From Candidatus Avibacteroides faecavium (GTDB lineage: Bacteria > Bacteroidota > Bacteroidia > Bacteroidales > Bacteroidaceae), in assembly GCA_018715385.1 (NCBI GenBank), contig DVLS01000146.1, positions 1 through 40,736 on the forward strand: a DNA stretch of 40,736 nt, written 5' to 3'. Both the position numbers and the translations under genes were made by a program. Position 1 is the stretch's first letter, and every line of letters starts with the position of its first letter. Shown here one piece after another: positions 36,407 to 40,736 of the stretch. The notes under the pieces were generated by a model. The model was not told where the DNA came from and did no database searches. It saw nothing but the letters and a program-made list of their open reading frames with translations.

Positions 36407-36982
36407 TCACATGAATTTGCAAAATAAGTAATAGATGCCGCCGGCAACCACCACCTCAGACAGGAACGCCATCACCGTGAACACCAACCGGCGGTTGTCG
36501 TCGAAGTCGAAGAGCCGCCCGCACCCCTCCCAGACCAGGAAGATGGTGTAGACCTGGCAAAGCCAGACCAATATCTTGAAATCAATCGGGAAGGCAAGCA
36601 CCGTGTAGGTGACAAACAGCACCGTCATCGAATAGCCCAACAGCCGGTAGATGTCAGACTGGGCCACGACCACGCCAAACAACGACCTGGCGACCTTGCC
36701 AAGCACGAAAGCCGACACGAAGAACGACAGGAACACTGGCACGCACGTCACGCAGCAGCCGATGATGGCATCCTTGAACAAGGCGAAAGGCTGCGAAGCG
36801 TCGCCCACATAGCCCACCACGAAGTAGGCGATGAACGACACCAGCCCCGCAAGCCCCATTAGCGGGTAGAAGTAGGACGACAGCACGTCAACCCCCTCGT
36901 CCTCGCGGGCTATCTCCTCCCACGTCTGCGACGGGCGCAGCAGGATGGAGACGAAACGTTTGTACATCCACTTGTAACTCAT
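36407..36982 (-). CDS. Yip1-family integral membrane protein
   Basis: 191 aa. The N-terminal [12 protein letters not shown] segment is followed by about five hydrophobic helices. Family call from pattern only. Confidence 0.65.
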   Translation of the reverse strand: MSYKWMYKRFVSILLRPSQTWEEIAREDEGVDVLSSYFYPLMGLAGLVSFIAYFVVGYVGDASQPFALFKDAIIGCCVTCVPVFLSFFVSAFVLGKVARSLFGVVVAQSDIYRLLGYSMTVLFVTYTVLAFPIDFKILVWLCQVYTIFLVWEGCGRLFDFDDNRRLVFTVMAFLSEVVVAGGIYYLFCKFM

Positions 36983-37479
36983 CTTATCTCGTCAATGAAT
37001 TGGTCAATGTTGGCATCGACATACGCCGCGATGGCCCCGGCAAAGTCAGGCTCGCTGTCGATGAACTCGTCCTGAATGTCGTCAAACCGCTCATACTGCT
37101 CGTACATAGCCATGAACTCCTCGTCCGTCCTCTCCCGCTCCAAGTCCTCGCGGTTGGCGCGGTAGAGCTTGCCAGCCTTGTTGACCAACGCCGCGAGCCT
37201 CGGCACGCCCATCATGCGCACCGCCTTGGCAAAGGGGTTCATGAAGATGTAAGGCCCGTAACCATTCTGCACCAGCTGCACAAAGCCCCCCTCCATCACC
37301 TCGTCACGCAACGTCGCATAGGCCAGCAACGTGTTCTGCCACCCGTTCAACCCGGCCATCGCCTCGGCAGTCGGCTCGCCGCCGACAGCATCCCTGACCG
37401 CCCCGATGACGACATCGAGGAAAGCCGCCGCGCCCTCGCCGGCCGCAACGCGCAAATCGCAATCATTGACCACTACCAT
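36979..37479 (-). CDS. DUF4375 / DMP19-like protein
   Basis: The core VMEGGFVQLVQNGYGPYIFMNPFAKAVRMMGVPRLAALVNKA resembles the NGGF.Q...N..G ... A..AL..IG pattern of DMP19-family proteins. The ATG at 37479 lies downstream of the promoter box at 37504-37511; the track start 37515 is TTG. The stop overlaps the next start (ATGA). Confidence 0.6.
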   Translation of the reverse strand: MVVVNDCDLRVAAGEGAAAFLDVVIGAVRDAVGGEPTAEAMAGLNGWQNTLLAYATLRDEVMEGGFVQLVQNGYGPYIFMNPFAKAVRMMGVPRLAALVNKAGKLYRANREDLERERTDEEFMAMYEQYERFDDIQDEFIDSEPDFAGAIAAYVDANIDQFIDEIR

Positions 37480-37503
37480 ATTAATATAAACGATTGTGTC
37501 GCG

Positions 37504-37511
37504 CAAAGGTA
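37504..37511 (-). promoter_or_regulatory. -7 promoter box (TACCTTTG on minus strand) for the DMP19-like/Yip1/smpB/metH operon
   Basis: Plus-strand CAAAGGTA, 24 nt upstream of the ATG at 37479. Confidence 0.5.
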
Positions 37512-37626
37512 GCAACTATTTCCCACTATGCAAGCACCATGCCACGCCGCCACTGGCGCACCGCGCGAGGACGGCGGCGGCAGCAAGCACAGGCACAAAA
37601 CCGGCCCGCCTCGGGCACAAAACCAC

Positions 37627-37810
37627 GCATCGCCAGACGCAAACCTGCGAGTGGTCATAGATAAAGTTGAAACAAAACTTTTGAATATAAAAACAGAAGT
37701 TTTGTTTATTAAAACAAAAGTTTTGAATATATAAACAAAACTTCTGAATATACTTTTCATCAGACCTCCTGCAAGTTTGCACCTGACACAATGCAAGTCC
37801 ATGCCCCGTG
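37627..37810. repeat. Family-1 phased palindromic-core repeat element, copy C (complete)
   Basis: Cores lie at 37673-37683, 37694-37704, 37715-37725 and 37736-37746 with 21-bp spacing. The imperfect inverted arms are 37631-37648 and 37771-37788, and a second 22-nt arm unit is at 37789-37810. The core block is ~89% identical by eye to the reverse complement of 1-89. Confidence 0.88.
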
Positions 37811-37857
37811 TCCCCCGATTTCATGTCCGGCGATTGGCGCAAAAAGCTCATGCCATG

Positions 37858-37889
37858 TTTTGCCAATCATGGCAAAAAGGGTAATTTTG
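37858..37889 (+). promoter_or_regulatory. Promoter of the NifU-like/GGGtGRT operon (-33 TTTG, -7 TAATTTTG) overlapped by a dyad TTTTGCCA-N4-TGGCAAAA
   Basis: TTTG at 37859-37862 and TAATTTTG at 37882-37889 are separated by 19 nt, which fits the Bacteroidota consensus spacing. The 8+8 inverted repeat 37858-37865 / 37870-37877 covers the -33 element. Confidence 0.55.
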
Positions 37890-37930
37890 CATCAACAATT
37901 ATTCTTCTTTCATTTATTTACCATACAATT

Positions 37931-38632
37931 ATGACCTATTCACACGAAGTAGAACACATGTGTGTTGTAAAGAAAGGTCCAAACCACGGACCGGCTCCAA
38001 TCCCGGAAGAGGGGAAGTGGATCAAATCCAAAGAAATCAAGGACATCTCGGGCCTGACGCACGGTGTGGGCTGGTGCGCTCCGCAACAGGGTGCGTGCAA
38101 GCTGACACTCAACGTCAAGGAAGGGGTAATCCAGGAAGCCCTCGTCGAGACACTGGGCTGCTCGGGCATGACCCACTCGGCAGCCATGGCAGCCGAAATC
38201 CTGCCAGGCAAGACTATCCTCGAAGCGTTGAACACCGACTTGGTGTGCGATGCCATCAACACGGCGATGCGCGAGCTTTTCCTGCAAATCGTCTACGGCC
38301 GCACTCAGTCCGCGTTCTCTGAAGGCGGGTTGATGATCGGCGCAGGACTCGAAGACCTTGGCAAAGGCCTCCGCAGCCAGGTCGGCACGCTCTATGGCAC
38401 GCTGGCAAAAGGCCCGCGCTACCTGGAGATGACCGAGGGCTACATCAAGCGCGTCGCGCTGGACAAGAACGACGAGATCTGCGGCTACGAGTTCGTGCAC
38501 CTCGGCAAGTTCATGGAAGAGATTAAGAAAGGCACCGACGCCAACGAAGCCCTCAAGAAGGTCACTGGCACTTACGGCCGCTTCACCCCCGAGGCAGGCG
38601 CAGTCAAATACATCGACCCACGTCAAGAATAA
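37931..38632 (+). CDS. NifU/IscU-like Fe-S scaffold-domain protein with C-terminal extension (partner of the GGGtGRT protein)
   Basis: 233 aa from the ATG at 37931 (the track start 37808 is GTG, upstream of the promoter). Three scaffold-like Cys contexts are GWCAPQQGAC, LGCSGMTHSAAMAAE and LVCDAINTA. Confidence 0.75.
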   Translation: MTYSHEVEHMCVVKKGPNHGPAPIPEEGKWIKSKEIKDISGLTHGVGWCAPQQGACKLTLNVKEGVIQEALVETLGCSGMTHSAAMAAEILPGKTILEALNTDLVCDAINTAMRELFLQIVYGRTQSAFSEGGLMIGAGLEDLGKGLRSQVGTLYGTLAKGPRYLEMTEGYIKRVALDKNDEICGYEFVHLGKFMEEIKKGTDANEALKKVTGTYGRFTPEAGAVKYIDPRQE

Positions 38633-38634
38633 TA

Positions 38635-38641
38635 AAGGAGG
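38635..38641 (+). promoter_or_regulatory. Strong Shine-Dalgarno sequence (AAGGAGG) for the GGGtGRT gene
   Basis: AAGGAGGAG lies 11 nt upstream of the ATG at 38653. I saw no comparable intergenic SD before any other gene in the window; the one other SD-like hexamer (22824-22829) lies inside recF coding sequence. Confidence 0.6.
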
Positions 38642-38652
38642 AGACTACAACT

Positions 38653-39663
38653 ATGATTAGAGAAGTGAAATTTGAAAGTCAAGACAGACGAATCAAGCAG
38701 ATATTGGCAGCCTTGAATCAATATGGCATCAAGGACATCGAGGAGGCTAACGCCATCTGCGAGCAATACGGGCTCGACCCCTACAAGACTTGCGAGGAGA
38801 CGCAACCCATCTGCTTTGAGAATGCAAAGTGGGCATACGTCGTCGGCACCGCCATCGCGCTGAAGAAAGGTTGCAAGACGGCGGCAGAGGCGGCAGAGGC
38901 AATCGGCGTGGGCTTGCAGTCGTTCTGCATCCCGGGTTCGGTGGCTGACGACCGCAAGGTCGGTCTCGGGCACGGCAACCTCGCCGCAATGTTGCTCCGC
39001 GAGGAGACCAAGTGCTTCGCGTTCCTTGCCGGACACGAGTCATTCGCCGCAGCAGAGGGCGCAATCAAGATTGCCGCCAAGGCTGACAAGGTGCGCAAGG
39101 AGCCGCTGCGTTGCATCCTCAACGGTCTGGGCAAGGACGCTGCGCAAATCATCTCCCGCATCAACGGCTTCACCTACGTACAGACAGAGTTCGACTACTT
39201 CACTGGCGAGCTCAAGGTGGTTAGGGAAATCGCTTATTCCGACGGACCTCGTGCAAAGGTGCGTTGCTACGGAGCTGACGATGTGCGCGAAGGCGTGGCT
39301 ATCATGTGGAAAGAGGGTGTCGATGTGTCTATCACCGGCAACTCGACCAACCCGACCCGCTTCCAGCACCCCGTTGCCGGCACTTACAAGAAGGAGCGCG
39401 TGCTGGCTGGCAAACCCTACTTCTCAGTCGCATCAGGCGGTGGCACGGGCCGCACATTGCACCCGGACAACATGGCAGCAGGCCCTGCATCCTACGGCAT
39501 GACTGACACCATGGGCCGTATGCACTCTGACGCTCAGTTTGCCGGCTCGTCTTCAGTGCCTGCACACGTCGAGATGATGGGATTCCTCGGCATCGGCAAC
39601 AACCCGATGGTAGGTTGCACCGTCGCTTGTGCGGTGGATGCTGCTACGGCACTCAATAAGTAA
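38653..39663 (+). CDS. GGGtGRT-family protein (function unknown)
   Basis: 336 aa containing the literal family signature SGGGTGRTLHPDN. Confidence 0.9.
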   Translation: MIREVKFESQDRRIKQILAALNQYGIKDIEEANAICEQYGLDPYKTCEETQPICFENAKWAYVVGTAIALKKGCKTAAEAAEAIGVGLQSFCIPGSVADDRKVGLGHGNLAAMLLREETKCFAFLAGHESFAAAEGAIKIAAKADKVRKEPLRCILNGLGKDAAQIISRINGFTYVQTEFDYFTGELKVVREIAYSDGPRAKVRCYGADDVREGVAIMWKEGVDVSITGNSTNPTRFQHPVAGTYKKERVLAGKPYFSVASGGGTGRTLHPDNMAAGPASYGMTDTMGRMHSDAQFAGSSSVPAHVEMMGFLGIGNNPMVGCTVACAVDAATALNK

Positions 39664-39687
39664 TCCAACCCGAGCGGTAATAAAAGG

Positions 39688-39730
39688 CTCAGCCCTTGCG
39701 GAATGTCCGCAAGGGCTGAGTTGTTTTTAT
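39688..39730. terminator. Bidirectional intrinsic terminator between the GGGtGRT gene and the convergent OMP gene
   Basis: CTCAGCCCTTGCGG-AATGT-CCGCAAGGGCTGAG is a perfect 14-bp stem. It is followed by TTGTTTTTAT on the plus strand and preceded by TAATAAAAGG. Confidence 0.9.
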
Positions 39731-39748
39731 ACCATTATAATATATGGG

Positions 39749-40312
39749 TCAGAAGTGGACGCCGAACTTCATCACGACACCTCCAAGGTTTTCCTTGACA
39801 GTCGAACTGCTGTAATCACCGTAGCCGCCGTACCAACCGCCATAATAATACCATGTCTCCTGGTCGATGTCCGCGCCCTGCATCTGGTAGCCAAGCGAGA
39901 AAGTGAGACCAATGTTCCTATTCATCGAGTAGTCCACACCGATGGTCGGCGAGAAATACACCCCGCTGCCTATCGGGGAATAGCCCACCTTGACATCAAA
40001 GAACGGTGTTATGTAATTGTTGATGAAATTAATCCTGGCATTGGCGAAGATTGGCAGGAAAGTGCCATAGATGAAATGATAATCAAGGCTAAGGCCCGCG
40101 CCGACATAGAAGTATGGCACAACCTGGTAGCCGTGCGAAGTGGTCAGCGACAACACACCGTCGGCACCACCAGTGCCTATCGCACCGCCGAAATCGATGA
40201 ACCCGCGATAGCCACGGGTGTGACAAGCGTCGCCAATCGTGCGGTTCGAACTCTGCGGAAAAGCGAGGCACGCCGACAGGACAAGGAACAATGACAAGAA
40301 CAGTCTTTTCAT
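39749..40312 (-). CDS. Small outer-membrane beta-barrel (porin-family) protein
   Basis: 187 aa with signal peptide MKRLFLSLFLVLSACLAFPQ and Gly/Tyr-rich alternating strands. The C-terminal signal ends in FGVHF. Confidence 0.85.
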   Translation of the reverse strand: MKRLFLSLFLVLSACLAFPQSSNRTIGDACHTRGYRGFIDFGGAIGTGGADGVLSLTTSHGYQVVPYFYVGAGLSLDYHFIYGTFLPIFANARINFINNYITPFFDVKVGYSPIGSGVYFSPTIGVDYSMNRNIGLTFSLGYQMQGADIDQETWYYYGGWYGGYGDYSSSTVKENLGGVVMKFGVHF

Positions 40313-40690
40313 ATTGCTTTTTAAGTTTTGCCTCCTTGCCCCAACGGAGGGTTATGCATAGACAAAAGGTGGGGGCTTTATCTGCCTTACCCAGTTCTCC
40401 GGCTTCTCGCATTGCCCAGTCCATGAGTGAAACAGCTGCCCCCACGCAATCATGCGCCGCGCCTGGCTGGCCAGACGGGCGTACAATCGGCAACGGGGAT
40501 GCATTGCTATCATCTCCATGGGCTATACAAATTTTGCGAGAATCTGAGAACCGAAGATAATCTCAATAACACCTTTCCGTGATATGTCCGCCTCCCTTGC
40601 GGGAGACAAGGCAAATGTATCACAAAATCACAAGGAGACAAAGCGGATGTATGCTATTTTTCAAGCCGCACCATCCCACCCCGCCGCACG

Positions 40691-40736
40691 TCAGAACTGG
40701 AAGTAGATGAACGGCTGCACATCCATGCTCTTGACC
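40691..40736 (-). CDS. 3' end of a gene truncated by the window edge, possibly another outer-membrane beta-barrel protein
   Basis: The minus-strand frame reads ...VKSMDVQPFIYFQF-stop. The terminal aromatic pattern resembles an OMP beta-signal. Only 14 codons are visible. Confidence 0.35.
   Translation of the reverse strand, partial: VKSMDVQPFIYFQF

Noticed and set aside
37667-37753. Invertible (phase-variable) DNA segment. The core block of copy C matches the reverse complement of copy A, while their right flanks align in direct orientation.
   Set aside because: The whole element is an imperfect palindrome built from near-palindromic cores, so similarity to its own reverse complement is expected. 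No recombinase gene is nearby, and there are no discrete inverted-repeat crossover sites beyond the palindrome arms.
37870-37890. Sigma-54 type promoter (TGGCA...TTGCA) upstream of the NifU-like gene.
   Set aside because: The TGGC to TTGC spacing is 17 nt instead of the ~11 nt required. The region fits the standard Bacteroidota -33/-7 promoter instead.
40313-40690. Cobalamin (or TPP) riboswitch in the long OMP leader.
   Set aside because: AAGCCGGAGAACTGGG only loosely resembles a B12 box, and the GGTG..AATCC and GCCACTG-type conserved elements are absent. There is no TPP CTGAGA/ACCTGA pair in proper context. It is kept only as an unclassified structured-leader candidate.

Overview
This 40.7-kb window reads as ordinary core chromosome of a fairly GC-rich Bacteroidota (Bacteroidales-like) bacterium. 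It holds about 38 tightly packed genes in short co-directional operons, many with 1-14 nt start/stop overlaps. The genes are: M3 peptidase, dCMP deaminase, S41 protease, 5-formyl-THF cyclo-ligase, ilvE, xseAB, mnmA, CCA-adding enzyme, manA, a Nif3 + zinc-ribbon pair, dGTPase, a TrmH-family methylase, recF + DUF721, a GH2 glycosidase, udk, an MltF-like transglycosylase, an OmpA-family protein, a PlpD-like patatin/Omp85 protein, pyrE, a metH lacking the activation domain, smpB, and two proteases (S8 and M6-like) with T9SS sorting domains. The phylum call rests on four things: TAnnTTTG -7 boxes in front of most operons, near absence of Shine-Dalgarno sequences, T9SS C-terminal domains, and the recF-DUF721 pair. 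I see no transposase/integrase, phage genes, CRISPR array, rRNA or recognisable defence system. One tRNA (Arg-ACG) is present and is structurally atypical. Two things are not explained by ordinary annotation. (i) Six intergenic loci carry short, strictly phased repeat arrays of two possibly related kinds. Family 1 has 21-bp-phased near-palindromic CAAAAGTTTTG cores embedded in 140-160 bp imperfect palindromes. Family 2 has 22-bp-phased GCAT-N3-ATGC cores in direct arrays. (ii) A self-contained NifU-like + GGGtGRT two-gene operon of unknown function has an unusually strong SD and a dyad operator-like site over its promoter. All functional calls come from motif recognition by eye; no database search or folding was possible. 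Several ORF-track starts are TTG/GTG. I replaced them with downstream ATGs where signal peptides, promoter boxes or upstream stop codons supported that.
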